From an uncultured Christensenella sp. (lineage in GTDB: Bacteria; Bacillota; Clostridia; Christensenellales; Borkfalkiaceae): a stretch of 64,000 nucleotides of DNA. The notes below the pieces were generated by a model. That model was not told the origin of the DNA. It made no database searches and saw nothing but the letters and a program-made list of their open reading frames with translations. Positions within the stretch are counted from its first letter, which is position 1. Each line of letters opens with the position of its first letter. The stretch lies in contig CAJUER010000001.1 in the NCBI GenBank assembly GCA_910585705.1, forward strand, positions 55,342 through 119,341, in the 5' to 3' direction. A program made the translations under genes and the position numbers. Below are positions 1 through 9,437 of the stretch, piece after piece.

Positions 1-170
1 TCGGTTGCGGACTCGACGCAATCACAACCGACGAGGTGCGCGCTATTTTAGAGAGGAACGGTAAGCTTTACACACAAATAAAAATAGATGAAATCAATAA
101 TCTCGGCGTAGTGAAGATAAGACTTCGCAGTATGCTAGCGGCTATTGAGGAGACTCGAAGGCATCGATAA
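1..170 (+). CDS. 3-prime end of a gene cut by the window edge; activase/2-hydroxyacyl-CoA-dehydratase-related protein (partial)
   Basis: Open frame from nt 3 ([55 protein letters not shown]). Stop TAA 168-170 overlaps the next ATG (TAATG), so the two genes are coupled. Family call rests on context with the next ORF. Confidence 0.35.
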   Translation, partial: GCGLDAITTDEVRAILERNGKLYTQIKIDEINNLGVVKIRLRSMLAAIEETRRHR

Positions 171-1438
171 TGAATGAGAAGAATACGGCGGACTATACGA
201 CAAAGTATGTAATGTGGAACAAGTCGATGAAATCCACCCATAAAATATTGATACCGAATATGCTGCCGTGGCACTTTCTGATATTGCAGGAGGTGCTGCG
301 CCTCGAGGGATATGACGTCGAGGTTTTGGAGGGCGATTCGCGCACGGTAATAGACGAGGGACTTAAACACGTTCATAACGATACGTGTTATCCTTGTTTG
401 TGCGTTGTGGGACAGTATATTGACGCGCTTAAAAGCGGCAGGTATGATTTAGACAGAACGGCTGTTCTGATAACGCAGACGGGCGGAGGCTGCCGCGCTT
501 CGAACTATATGCCGCTGATAAGAAAAGCTTTGCATACGGAATTTCCGAAAGTCCCCGTGCTTTCTTTGAACCTTTCGGGACTTGAAAAAAATTCCTCGCT
601 GGAATTGAATTTAAAACTGCTTATGAAGCTCGCCTACGCAGTATTTTACGGCGACAGCATAATGTGGTGCTATAATCAGACTAAACCCTACGAAACGGAA
701 AACGGCGCGGCGGACGTTGCAAGGGACGTTGCCGTGAAATTTACGGTTGAAGCGTTTGTTAAGGGCGGATATAAAAATTACAGAAAAATAAACGCGAATA
801 TTATACAAACGTTTGCGGCGGTAAAGCGCACGCAGGAGAAAAAGGTAAAGGTGGGAATAGTGGGCGAAATTTACGTCAAGTATTCTCATCTCGGCAATAA
901 CGGACTTGAAAAGTTTTTAATTTCCGAAAATTGCGAACCGGTTGTGCCCGCGCTTATGGACTTTGTGCTGTACTGTATTATAAACGTGGTAAACGACAGA
1001 AAGCTGTACGGACACGGCGCAATTAAAGCAATGCTGTATAAGCTGGTTTATAACGTTTTGCACAAAAAGCAGAAGAACATTATAAAGCAGTTTGAAAAGG
1101 AGGGCAGCTTTGCGCCCGTGCACGATTTCGAGCATCTTAGAAAGTGTGCCGATATCGTGCTCAATCAGGGAGTAAAAATGGGCGAAGGCTGGCTTATTCC
1201 TGCGGAAATGGCGGCGCTTGCGGAAACGGGCGTGCCCAACGTAGTGTGCGCGCAACCGTTCGGCTGTCTGCCGAACCACATAGCGGGCAAGGGCGCGATA
1301 AGAACGCTTAAAAACCTCTATTCGGACGCAAACATCGTTGCGGTAGACTACGACCCTTCGGCTACGAAAGTCAATCAGGAGAACCGCATAAAATTAATGC
1401 TCGCCACCGCAAGAGAAATGTTAAACGAAAAGCCGTAA
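170..1438 (+). CDS. 2-hydroxyacyl-CoA dehydratase-family / DUF2229-like Cys-rich protein
   Basis: 422-aa ATG ORF. Motifs HNDTCYPC, QTGGGCRASNY and CAQPFGCLPNH resemble the dehydratase-component fold found with BcrAD/BadFG-type activases. Recognised from memory, not searched. Confidence 0.55.
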   Translation: MNEKNTADYTTKYVMWNKSMKSTHKILIPNMLPWHFLILQEVLRLEGYDVEVLEGDSRTVIDEGLKHVHNDTCYPCLCVVGQYIDALKSGRYDLDRTAVLITQTGGGCRASNYMPLIRKALHTEFPKVPVLSLNLSGLEKNSSLELNLKLLMKLAYAVFYGDSIMWCYNQTKPYETENGAADVARDVAVKFTVEAFVKGGYKNYRKINANIIQTFAAVKRTQEKKVKVGIVGEIYVKYSHLGNNGLEKFLISENCEPVVPALMDFVLYCIINVVNDRKLYGHGAIKAMLYKLVYNVLHKKQKNIIKQFEKEGSFAPVHDFEHLRKCADIVLNQGVKMGEGWLIPAEMAALAETGVPNVVCAQPFGCLPNHIAGKGAIRTLKNLYSDANIVAVDYDPSATKVNQENRIKLMLATAREMLNEKP

Positions 1439-1542
1439 AGCGCTGAATTTTAATATTTAAACAATAAGCGGCGGTGTATTAAAGCGCATTTTCCATAGGG
1501 ATTAAAAACTAAAATATTATCAGCTTTTATAGATAAACAAAA

Positions 1543-1579
1543 ACGCTCTCGGTCAATAAATGTCGAGGGCGTCTTTTTG
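1543..1579 (+). terminator. intrinsic terminator after the dehydratase-like gene
   Basis: ACGCTCTCG / CGAGGGCGT 9-bp stem (one G-U), 12-nt loop, followed by CTTTTTG. Confidence 0.55.
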
Positions 1580-1605
1580 CACATAATTCATAATAAAATT
1601 GTAAT

Positions 1606-2343
1606 TTATCCGGTATGCCGACCGTATCGATGTTTCCACGGGCGATTTTTGCCAAGCCAACCGTTATTATACCAATACTCATTGTCAAGTCCTGCAACAC
1701 CGCGCTTACGCACCTTTTTCTGAATAAGGCGACAAATTATAAATTTGATTTTTGTAGTAAGCTTAGTGCGGGCAGGTTTGGCATAATTGATTTTAGAGAA
1801 TCGAACAGCAAGTTTATTTATCTTATTAGTTAATTTTTTGCGCTTCTTTTCGGAAAGTTTATCCCAGATAATCTCGCTCATAAGCGCTCCGTTAAATATG
1901 CCGATTTTCGATATTCCCCACCAAGACAAGCTTTGCGTTATATCTTTTGCGGTCGATTTTGCGCCTGCGCCAAGACATTGCGTAATAACGACCGCACGTT
2001 TATCAAACATTTCGGGCGCAGGTCTGTGCGGCATCCAACGATAACCAAAATGGTCTAATAACGCCTTCATTGCACCTGTTGCGTGCATAACGTATGCAGG
2101 CGAAGTCAGGACAATTAAATCGGATCCGATAATAGATTTTTCGATTTTGTTTATGTAATCAAAGTCCTTACAGTTTTGTTCGCCTTTCATAAAGCAACTT
2201 GTACAGCCTATACAAAAAGACGGGCAATCTTTCGGCAGATAAAACTCAACTACGTCCGCGCTTTGAAAGTTTTGTAGAAAAATCTTCTTTAAGCGATATG
2301 TAACGCCGTGTTTTTCCGTGCCGTTTATTACTGTTATTTTCAT
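1606..2343 (-). CDS. flavodoxin-fold NAD(P)H-dependent FMN reductase / iron-sulfur flavoprotein-like
   Basis: 245-aa ATG ORF. N-terminal MKITVINGTEKHG flavodoxin-like start. Cys cluster CPSFCIGCTSCFMKGEQNC typical of iron-sulfur flavoproteins. Confidence 0.6.
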   Translation of the reverse strand: MKITVINGTEKHGVTYRLKKIFLQNFQSADVVEFYLPKDCPSFCIGCTSCFMKGEQNCKDFDYINKIEKSIIGSDLIVLTSPAYVMHATGAMKALLDHFGYRWMPHRPAPEMFDKRAVVITQCLGAGAKSTAKDITQSLSWWGISKIGIFNGALMSEIIWDKLSEKKRKKLTNKINKLAVRFSKINYAKPARTKLTTKIKFIICRLIQKKVRKRGVAGLDNEYWYNNGWLGKNRPWKHRYGRHTG

Positions 2344-2556
2344 AATAATTTTCCTAAATTAAAACACTTTTCAACTTCCTCAAAAGTATTCACATTCAAC
2401 GCAATTTCAAAACGCCCTTTTAAACCTTCATAATTTGCCAATTAAATCACAGTTACAGTGTAGTAATTGCATTATTAAAAGCGAAAAAAAACGATTGAAA
2501 TTTCAGCCATATATCGCGATGCTGCAAGCGAACGTCTGCGAAGAAAAGACCGGAAA

Positions 2557-2587
2557 AGGCGTGGCTTTACGCCACGCCTTTTTTTTT
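2557..2587. terminator. bidirectional hairpin terminator downstream of tkt
   Basis: AGGCGTGGC-tttac-GCCACGCCT flanked by A-run and T8. Serves the minus-strand tkt operon. Confidence 0.7.
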
Positions 2588-2657
2588 GCTGGCGGTTTGC
2601 CAATTATTCTCTGTGGAAATCACGGCAAAGCGCAACGCCGCTGTTCGGTTTTATGTT

Positions 2658-4646
2658 TTAGTAATATCTTCTTCTTGATTTTTCGAGGGAAAGTTTTGCT
2701 TTTTCTACGACTTTATCGGCTGTGAAACCGAAGTGTTCGAACACCTCGTTTGCAGGTCCCGACATACCGAAAGTTCTCATAGCAATCACTTCGCCGTTGT
2801 CGCCGGCGTATTTGTACCATGCAAAGTGTGAAGCCGCTTCAACGCATACCCTTGCCTTGACGAGCGGAGGAAGCACATAATCTTTGTATTCGTCGGTCTG
2901 TTTTTCAAACTCTTCCATACTGGGCATGGAAACGACGCGCGCGCGTATTCCTTCGTCTTCGAGCTGTTTTCTCGCCTTTGTGCAAAGCTCTATTTCCGAG
3001 CCGCAGGATATGAGAATAACGTCGGGCGTACCCGAGCAGTCTTCGAGGATATATCCGCCCGCAAGAGCTTTAATGTCCGAATTTTCGTTCTGGGGCAGGT
3101 TCTGGCGCGAAAGCACGAGAACGGTGGGGGAATCCTGCGTGAATGCGGAGATGTACGCCGCCGCAGTTTCTTTGCCGTCGCAGGGACGGAACACCTTTAT
3201 GTTGGGTATGGAACGCAGTGCGATAAGCTGTTCGACGGGTTGGTGAGTGGGTCCGTCCTCGCCGACGCCAATACTGTCGTGCGTCATAACGTAGATGACG
3301 GGAATATTCATAAGCGCGCTCATTCTTATTCCGCCCTTCATATAGTCCGAGAAAGAGAAGAATGTCGAGCAGACTATGCGCAGACCGCCGTGAAGCTGTA
3401 TGCCGTTGCAAATCGCCGCCATAGCGTGTTCGCGTATTCCGAAATGAATGTTGCGCCCTTCGCGGTTATCGGGCGAGAAGTACCCTTTGCCTTTAAGTTC
3501 TGTCTTGGTGGAGGGGGCAAGGTCTGCCGAACCCGACATAAGGTTGGGCATAAGCTCGGAAATCTTGTTTAAAATTTTGCCGCCCGAAATTCTCGTGGCT
3601 TCGGATCCTTCAAAACGGAACAGCTCGGGCATTTCGTTGAAGTCCGGCTCGCTTCCGTCCATAAATCTCTTGTATTTTTTTGCAAGCTCGGGATAGTCGC
3701 GTTCGTATTTCGCAAACATTTTGTTCCATTCGTTCTCGGCTTCCAGCTTGGCTTCCGCAATTTTGAAGCAGTGTTCTTTAACGTCTTCTGGTACGCAGAA
3801 AGGCTCTTCCGTCCACTTGAAAAATTCTTTCGTTTTTTGCAGGTTATCTTCGCCCATAGGCGCGCCGTGCACGTCGGCAGAGTCGGCAAGGGGAGAGCCG
3901 TAGCCGATAACCGAACGGCAGATGATAATGGAGGGGCGTGTCAAATCGCTCTTCGCGCGCTCGATGGCGGTTTTAAGCATAACGAGGTTGTTTGCGTCGT
4001 TTACGCGTATAACCTGCCAGCCCTGCGCCGCAAACCTTGTTGCAGGGTCTTCCGAGAAGGTCTGTTTTATGCTTCCCTCTATGGTGATGTCGTTTTTATC
4101 GTAGAGGAGTATCAGCTTGCCGAGCTTCTGGTTGCCAGCAAAGGAACACGCTTCATAGCTCAATCCTTCTTCCAGACAGCCGTCGCCGCACAAAACGTAA
4201 GTGAAGTGGTCTACTACGGGATAGTCGGGTCTGTTGAAAATAGCGGCAAGGTGCGACTCGGCAACGGCAAAACCCACAGCGTTGCCCACGCCCTGTCCCA
4301 AAGGACCCGTTGAGGTTTCAACGCCTTCGGTCTTTCCGTATTCGGGGTGGCCGGGCGTTCTCGAATCGACCTGTCTGAAATTCATCAAGTCCTCTTTGGT
4401 TACGTCGTAACCGAAAAGGTGTAAAAGCGAGTAAAGGAGCATGGAGCCGTGTCCCGCAGAAAGAATGAACCTGTCGCGGTTGTCCCACTTGGGGTTTTTG
4501 TAGCTGAATTTCAAAAAATCGCTAAACAGCTCGTAGCCTATCGGGGCGGCGCCCATACAGATGCCGGGATGTCCGGAATTAGCCTTCTGGATAGCTTCGG
4601 CAGAGAGTATTCTTATTGTGTCAACGCTTTTATCGGCAACAGACAT
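2658..4646 (-). CDS. tkt: transketolase
   Basis: 662 aa. SGHPG, GDGCLEEG and THDSIGVGEDGPTHQP motifs. AAAGGAGAA RBS upstream of the ATG. Confidence 0.95.
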   Translation of the reverse strand: MSVADKSVDTIRILSAEAIQKANSGHPGICMGAAPIGYELFSDFLKFSYKNPKWDNRDRFILSAGHGSMLLYSLLHLFGYDVTKEDLMNFRQVDSRTPGHPEYGKTEGVETSTGPLGQGVGNAVGFAVAESHLAAIFNRPDYPVVDHFTYVLCGDGCLEEGLSYEACSFAGNQKLGKLILLYDKNDITIEGSIKQTFSEDPATRFAAQGWQVIRVNDANNLVMLKTAIERAKSDLTRPSIIICRSVIGYGSPLADSADVHGAPMGEDNLQKTKEFFKWTEEPFCVPEDVKEHCFKIAEAKLEAENEWNKMFAKYERDYPELAKKYKRFMDGSEPDFNEMPELFRFEGSEATRISGGKILNKISELMPNLMSGSADLAPSTKTELKGKGYFSPDNREGRNIHFGIREHAMAAICNGIQLHGGLRIVCSTFFSFSDYMKGGIRMSALMNIPVIYVMTHDSIGVGEDGPTHQPVEQLIALRSIPNIKVFRPCDGKETAAAYISAFTQDSPTVLVLSRQNLPQNENSDIKALAGGYILEDCSGTPDVILISCGSEIELCTKARKQLEDEGIRARVVSMPSMEEFEKQTDEYKDYVLPPLVKARVCVEAASHFAWYKYAGDNGEVIAMRTFGMSGPANEVFEHFGFTADKVVEKAKLSLEKSRRRYY

Positions 4647-4668
4647 AAAATTCTCCTTTTATATGTAA

Positions 4669-6192
4669 TTAATATGTAATAAATTTTTTTAAATTTTCGG
4701 TATTCAGAAAGGCGTAGCCTTCGAGCATTTTCAAAAGCTTTTCCGCCATAATTCTGTTTCCGCCGCGAACGTTGCTTTCGAAGTTTATAGGCATAACGGG
4801 GTCGTGCACGCTTTGGCGTATCAGCAGCCAGCCGTCGCCTTCGCCCTTGCCGAAGTTAATCCTCGCGCCCTCGTAATTGTCGGGGGCGAGCTTCATACCG
4901 TCGGAAACAAGCGCCGCCGCTTTCATGTCGCCGATAACTTTCTGTCCTTCGGCTTTAAAGTTTAGGCTTTCTTCGGAGAACGTCAAACGCACTTCGTCGC
5001 ATTCTACCGGTTCGGGCAGAAGCGAAATAAGATCGCACAGACTTTTCCCTGATTTAGCTTGTTCGGAAAGAGTGATAAGTATGCGCGTTATAAGGTACGC
5101 GCCGTCGTCCAGCATATAATTTTCCAAAAAAGCGGCGTGTCCCGAAGTTTCCATAGCGAGAGGGGAATAGCCGCCGCCTCTGTTTACTTCCATACACTTG
5201 TCAATAACGTTTCTGTAACCGCGCTTGTATCTTATGTGCTGTCCGCCAAGATCTTTTATGAACGCGGAAAGTCCGTCGCTCGTAACCGAATCGGTTACAA
5301 TAACGCCCGCTTTTTCTTTGAGAAGAATCGCCGCCACAAGCGCGATAAGCCTGTTTCTGTTAATCTCGCGTCCGTCGCAATCTACCGCGCCAGCGCGGTC
5401 CACGTCGGTATCGAATATTATTCCCAAATCAGCGCCGCTCGATATTACGGCGTCGGAAAGGCTTTTAATCGCCTGCTTGTCTTCGGGGTTGGGTATGTGG
5501 TTCGGGAATGTTCCGTCCGGTTCCAAAAACTGGCTGCCCGTAACGTCCGCGCCGAGCGGTACGAGTACTTTTTCGGCAAAGAAACCGCCCGCGCCGTTGC
5601 CCGCGTCCACTATTATTTTTTTACCCGCAAGGGGGTAGGCGCAACCGCACTTTTCACGCACGGTATCCGCAAGGATTGCGCTGTATTCGTCCATATACGA
5701 TTTTTCGGAATAATTTCCCTCGCCGTCTATAAAGATTCCGCTTTCGGCTATTTCGAGGATTTCGTCTATATCTGCGGAATCGAGTCCTCCGTCGGGAGTG
5801 AAAAATTTAAGCCCGTTTCTGTCGTAAGGCAGGTGCGAGGCGGTAATCATAACCGAAGCGTCGCAGCCCCAGTCGGATTTTTTCAGCAGTATAAACATCG
5901 ACGGGGTGGAGGACAGACCCGTGTAGACGGTATCGCTTCCGCTCGATAAGATTCCCTCTTTGACGCAATTCAAAATACGCGGGGCGGAAATTCTGCTGTC
6001 GTTGCCGACGGCGATTTTAAACTTGTCCTTTTTGTATCTTTTTGTCAGCCACTTCACAAAGGCGCGGCTAATGGAAATAACCGCTTCGTCCGTAAGCGTT
6101 ACGGGCGACGAACCTTCGACGGCAACGCCGCGCACGTCGGTTCCGCTTTTAAGTTGTTTAAGTCCGCATATCTGCATAGCTTCATTATACAT
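4669..6192 (-). CDS. phosphomannomutase/phosphoglucomutase-family phosphohexomutase
   Basis: 507 aa. Active-site loop TASHLPYDRNGLKFF, metal loop GIIFDTDVDRAG, sugar loop ETSGH. 22 nt upstream of tkt, so probably one operon. Confidence 0.85.
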   Translation of the reverse strand: MYNEAMQICGLKQLKSGTDVRGVAVEGSSPVTLTDEAVISISRAFVKWLTKRYKKDKFKIAVGNDSRISAPRILNCVKEGILSSGSDTVYTGLSSTPSMFILLKKSDWGCDASVMITASHLPYDRNGLKFFTPDGGLDSADIDEILEIAESGIFIDGEGNYSEKSYMDEYSAILADTVREKCGCAYPLAGKKIIVDAGNGAGGFFAEKVLVPLGADVTGSQFLEPDGTFPNHIPNPEDKQAIKSLSDAVISSGADLGIIFDTDVDRAGAVDCDGREINRNRLIALVAAILLKEKAGVIVTDSVTSDGLSAFIKDLGGQHIRYKRGYRNVIDKCMEVNRGGGYSPLAMETSGHAAFLENYMLDDGAYLITRILITLSEQAKSGKSLCDLISLLPEPVECDEVRLTFSEESLNFKAEGQKVIGDMKAAALVSDGMKLAPDNYEGARINFGKGEGDGWLLIRQSVHDPVMPINFESNVRGGNRIMAEKLLKMLEGYAFLNTENLKKFITY

Positions 6193-6305
6193 TATTTAAT
6201 TTTTTAAAACAAGTATTTGATATTGAATATATGTAATTTTTTCGCTTCCTTATTGCGGTAAATTCCGAAAACGGCGGCAAATCGTTTTATTTTTGCAATA
6301 GGGTG

Positions 6306-6314
6306 TGATATAAT
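6306..6314 (+). promoter_or_regulatory. extended -10 element (TGaTATAAT) for proS
   Basis: TGATATAAT lies 20 nt upstream of the proS ATG, with AAAGGAGAA RBS at 6321-6329. No well-spaced -35. Confidence 0.35.
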
Positions 6315-6333
6315 TTAACGAAAGGAGAATTTT

Positions 6334-7761
6334 ATGGCAAAGGAAAGTTTTGTTGAACAGGTTGCGGACATTGAAAAGGATTTTCCGCAGTGGTATACCG
6401 ATGTTGTTTTAAAGACGGGGCTTGTGGATTACGGTCCCGTAAAGGGCACTATGATTATCCGTCCTTACGGCTATGCCATATGGGAAAACATACAGTCGGA
6501 AATGGACGCGCGCTTTAAAGCTACGGGTCACAAAAACGCATATTTTCCGCTTTTAATACCTATGAGCTATTTCACCAAAGAAGCCGAACACGTCGAAGGC
6601 TTCGCGCCCGAAGTGGCGGTGGTTACGCACGCAGGCGGAGAAGAACTTTCCGAGCCGTTGGCAATCCGCCCCACGTCGGAAACGATTATAGGCAGTATGT
6701 ATTCCAAATGGATACAGTCGTACAGGGATTTGCCTGTTCTTATAAATCAGTGGGCGAACGTTATGCGCTGGGAAAAAACAACGCGCCCCTTTTTGCGCAC
6801 TTCCGAATTCTTATGGCAGGAAGGACACACCGCCCACGTCACCGAAGAAGAGGCGATGGAAGAGACGATGAAAATGCTTTCGGTGTATAAGGAGTTTGCC
6901 GAAAACGTTTTGGCAATTCCCGTCATCTGCGGCAGGAAGACGGAGAAAGAAAAGTTTGCAGGCGCGGTTGCGACCTTCGGAATGGAAGCCATGATGAAGG
7001 ACGGCAAAAGCTTGCAGTCGGGCACGTCGCATTACTTCGGGCAGAATTTTGCAAAAGCGTTCGATATAAAATATCTCGATAAAGACGGCGTGCAAAAGTA
7101 CGCCTACACCTCAAGCTGGGGCACCTCGACGCGTATGATAGGCGCGCTTATAATGGCGCACGGCGACGCGCGCGGACTTGTTCTGCCCCCCAAAGTCGCT
7201 CCGCATCAGGTCGTAATCGTTCCCATCGCGGCGAAGAAGGGCGGCGTTATGGAAGCCTGTGCCGATATAAAATCGCAGCTTGAAAAAGCGGGTGTGCGCG
7301 TTATTTTCGACGATACGGACAACAGTCCCGGCTGGAAGTTCAATGAGTGGGAAATGAAGGGCGTTCCTTTGAGAATCGAGCTCGGCCCGCGCGATCTGGA
7401 AGCGGGCAAGGCGCTTATATTCCGCCGTGACACGCTTGAAAAACAGGAGGTCGCAATTTCCGCAATAGTTGAGGAAACGGCAAACCTTCTTAAAGAAGTT
7501 CAAAAGGATATGCTCGAAGCGGCTCGCGTCCGCCGCGATGCTAAAACGGTTTACGCCGCAGACCTTAAAGGAATTTTAGACGGCGTAGACGGCGGCAATT
7601 TCGTGAAAGCGGGTTGGTGCGGTTGCCGCGAATGCGAGGATAAAATAAAGGCGGAAACAGCCGCGACGGCAAGGGTCTTTGCCGAAGGCGAAACAGCGGA
7701 AAAATGCGCCGTGTGCAGTAAGAATGCCAAGCATATGGTAATTTTTGCGAGAGCCTATTAA
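6334..7761 (+). CDS. proS: proline--tRNA ligase (archaeal/eukaryote-like short form)
   Basis: 475 aa class II aaRS. RPTSET and FRTSEFLWQEGHT motifs, C-terminal Zn-type Cys cluster and terminal Tyr. Confidence 0.9.
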   Translation: MAKESFVEQVADIEKDFPQWYTDVVLKTGLVDYGPVKGTMIIRPYGYAIWENIQSEMDARFKATGHKNAYFPLLIPMSYFTKEAEHVEGFAPEVAVVTHAGGEELSEPLAIRPTSETIIGSMYSKWIQSYRDLPVLINQWANVMRWEKTTRPFLRTSEFLWQEGHTAHVTEEEAMEETMKMLSVYKEFAENVLAIPVICGRKTEKEKFAGAVATFGMEAMMKDGKSLQSGTSHYFGQNFAKAFDIKYLDKDGVQKYAYTSSWGTSTRMIGALIMAHGDARGLVLPPKVAPHQVVIVPIAAKKGGVMEACADIKSQLEKAGVRVIFDDTDNSPGWKFNEWEMKGVPLRIELGPRDLEAGKALIFRRDTLEKQEVAISAIVEETANLLKEVQKDMLEAARVRRDAKTVYAADLKGILDGVDGGNFVKAGWCGCRECEDKIKAETAATARVFAEGETAEKCAVCSKNAKHMVIFARAY

Positions 7762-7780
7762 ACATAACCGAAAGACAAAA

Positions 7781-7811
7781 GCGGCGGCGCAATTCTGCGC
7801 CGCCGCTTTTA
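7781..7811 (+). terminator. intrinsic terminator of proS
   Basis: GCGGCGGCGCA-attc-TGCGCCGCCGC 11-bp stem followed by TTTTATTT. Confidence 0.8.
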
Positions 7812-7830
7812 TTTAAAAACGTCAATAATT

Positions 7831-7862
7831 TAAAAAATAAGGACTTCCGAAAGGAAGCCCTT
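7831..7862 (-). terminator. intrinsic terminator of the minus-strand ABC operon
   Basis: GGGCTTCC-tttc-GGAAGTCC on the minus strand, followed by TTATTTTTT. Confidence 0.6.
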
Positions 7863-7878
7863 GAATTGTAAAAATAAG

Positions 7879-8685
7879 TTATTTTGTAATTTTCTTTTCT
7901 ATGACGGTGACTATTCCGTACATTCCGCCTGCAAGCACGCAGAGTATAAAAGTAGCCGTCATAACAAGGTCAAGACGGAAAACCTGCCCGCCGTAAACTA
8001 TTAAGTATCCGAGCCCCGCTTTCGAAACGATGTATTCGCCCATGATCGAGCCTATCCAGCTAAGTCCGACCGCTACCTTCAACGTGTTTACGAGAGTGGG
8101 GAAGGAAGCGGGGATAATCAGCTTTCTCAGCGTTGTGGCACGGCTTGCGCCCATCGACTTCATTAAAAGCAGTTTGGTTTTATCTACGGCGATAAAGCCC
8201 GAAAGCATATTCATCGTGCAGACGATAATCGAAACAAGCACCGTCATGAAAATTATCGCGTCGTAGCCCGTGCCTATCCAGATTATGATAAGCGGACCGA
8301 GCGCAATTTTGGGCAGAGAGTTGAGCACGACGATGTAAGGCTCGGCAATCTTCCTCACGGTCTCGCTCGACCAAAGGATTATAGCCGCCGCATAACCTAA
8401 AATTATGGCTATGGCAAAGCCCACAAAAGTTTCCATAAGCGTTACGCCTATGTGGTAGAACAGCGTGCCGCCCTTGTACAAGTCGGCAATGGTTTTTGCT
8501 ACGCGCGAGGGCGAGCTTATGATAAAGGGGTCTATAACCTTGAACTGCGCCAAAAGCTCCCACACGCCGAGAAATATAACCAAAATCAGCGCCCTTGCAA
8601 GCACGACGATAATTTTTTTGTTTCTGTTCTTTTTCAGGTACGCGAGGTGCTCGCGCGAGTAGTTGTTGTTCTTCTTGTTTTTCAT
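7879..8685 (-). CDS. ABC transporter permease (NitT/TauT, SsuC-like)
   Basis: 268 aa, about 6 TM segments, in an operon with the ATPase and an NMT1/THI5-like binding protein. Confidence 0.8.
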   Translation of the reverse strand: MKNKKNNNYSREHLAYLKKNRNKKIIVVLARALILVIFLGVWELLAQFKVIDPFIISSPSRVAKTIADLYKGGTLFYHIGVTLMETFVGFAIAIILGYAAAIILWSSETVRKIAEPYIVVLNSLPKIALGPLIIIWIGTGYDAIIFMTVLVSIIVCTMNMLSGFIAVDKTKLLLMKSMGASRATTLRKLIIPASFPTLVNTLKVAVGLSWIGSIMGEYIVSKAGLGYLIVYGGQVFRLDLVMTATFILCVLAGGMYGIVTVIEKKITK

Positions 8686-8709
8686 AAGTTTATTACCTTT
8701 AAGCGTTTG

Positions 8710-9435
8710 TTAAATTCCCAGCTCTTTTCTCAGGATTTCGAACGTTGCGGAAAACTCCGCGCATTCGCGCCGTTTTTTGGGGCTTCCTTCGCCGAAAGTT
8801 ATCAAATGCTCCGCGACGACCGTTGCGGGTCTTGCCGACAGCACGACGACTTTGTCTGAAAGCGCAATCGCTTCGGATATGTCGTGCGTGATTAAAAGCG
8901 CGGCTTTTTTCTCGCTCTTGATAATGCCCTGAACGTCGTCGCAGACTTCCAGCCTCGTCTGATAGTCGAGCGCGGAAAACGGTTCGTCCAAAAGCAGAAT
9001 TTCGGGCTCGGCGGCAAGCGTCCTTATAAGCGCAACTCTCTGGCGCATACCGCCCGAAAGTTGCGAAGGCGTCTTTTTAAGGAAATCCTTCAAGCCGTAC
9101 TTTTCGGCAAGCTCTACGGCGCGCGCACGTTTTTGCGCGGTGTTGCGTTTTTTGACTTCGAGCGGGAGAAAGATATTCTGTTCCACCGTCCGCCAAGGAA
9201 ACAGCGCGTCGCGTTGCAGCATATATCCGAATTCGCCGTCGCCGCGAATTATCTGCCCTGCGGACGGGGACAAAAGCCCCGCCGCGAGCGACAGAATGGT
9301 GGTTTTTCCGCATCCGGAAGGACCGATTACCGAAACGAATTGTCCGTCTTCCACGCGGAAATTCAGGTCCTTTACGGCAGTGGTTTCGCCCTGTTTTGTA
9401 TGATAGGTATATGAGATATTATCGAATATAAGCAT
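8710..9435 (-). CDS. ABC transporter ATP-binding protein (NitT/TauT family)
   Basis: 241 aa. Walker A GPSGCGKTT, signature LSGGMRQR, Walker B LLLDEPFSALD. Confidence 0.9.
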   Translation of the reverse strand: MLIFDNISYTYHTKQGETTAVKDLNFRVEDGQFVSVIGPSGCGKTTILSLAAGLLSPSAGQIIRGDGEFGYMLQRDALFPWRTVEQNIFLPLEVKKRNTAQKRARAVELAEKYGLKDFLKKTPSQLSGGMRQRVALIRTLAAEPEILLLDEPFSALDYQTRLEVCDDVQGIIKSEKKAALLITHDISEAIALSDKVVVLSARPATVVAEHLITFGEGSPKKRRECAEFSATFEILRKELGI

Positions 9436-9437
9436 AT

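Noticed and set aside
2435-2725. 96-aa plus-strand ORF
   Set aside because: It spans a bidirectional terminator and the 3-prime end of tkt on the opposite strand. It has no RBS.
5059-5949. 296-aa plus-strand ORF and other long shadow ORFs (e.g. 11506-12084, 36927-37904, 43724-44305, 46066-46806, 50852-51514, 51542-52162)
   Set aside because: All lie antisense to or out of frame within genes with strong family motifs. They have Arg/Ser/Phe-rich compositions typical of shadow frames and lack RBS signals.
6193-6333. T-box or other riboswitch leader upstream of proS (and likewise 10434-10551 upstream of valS)
   Set aside because: The intergenic regions are only 141 and 118 nt and are shared with divergent promoters. 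The predicted -10 elements lie about 20-28 nt from the start codons, leaving no room for a T-box leader of about 200 nt. No specifier/terminator architecture is seen.
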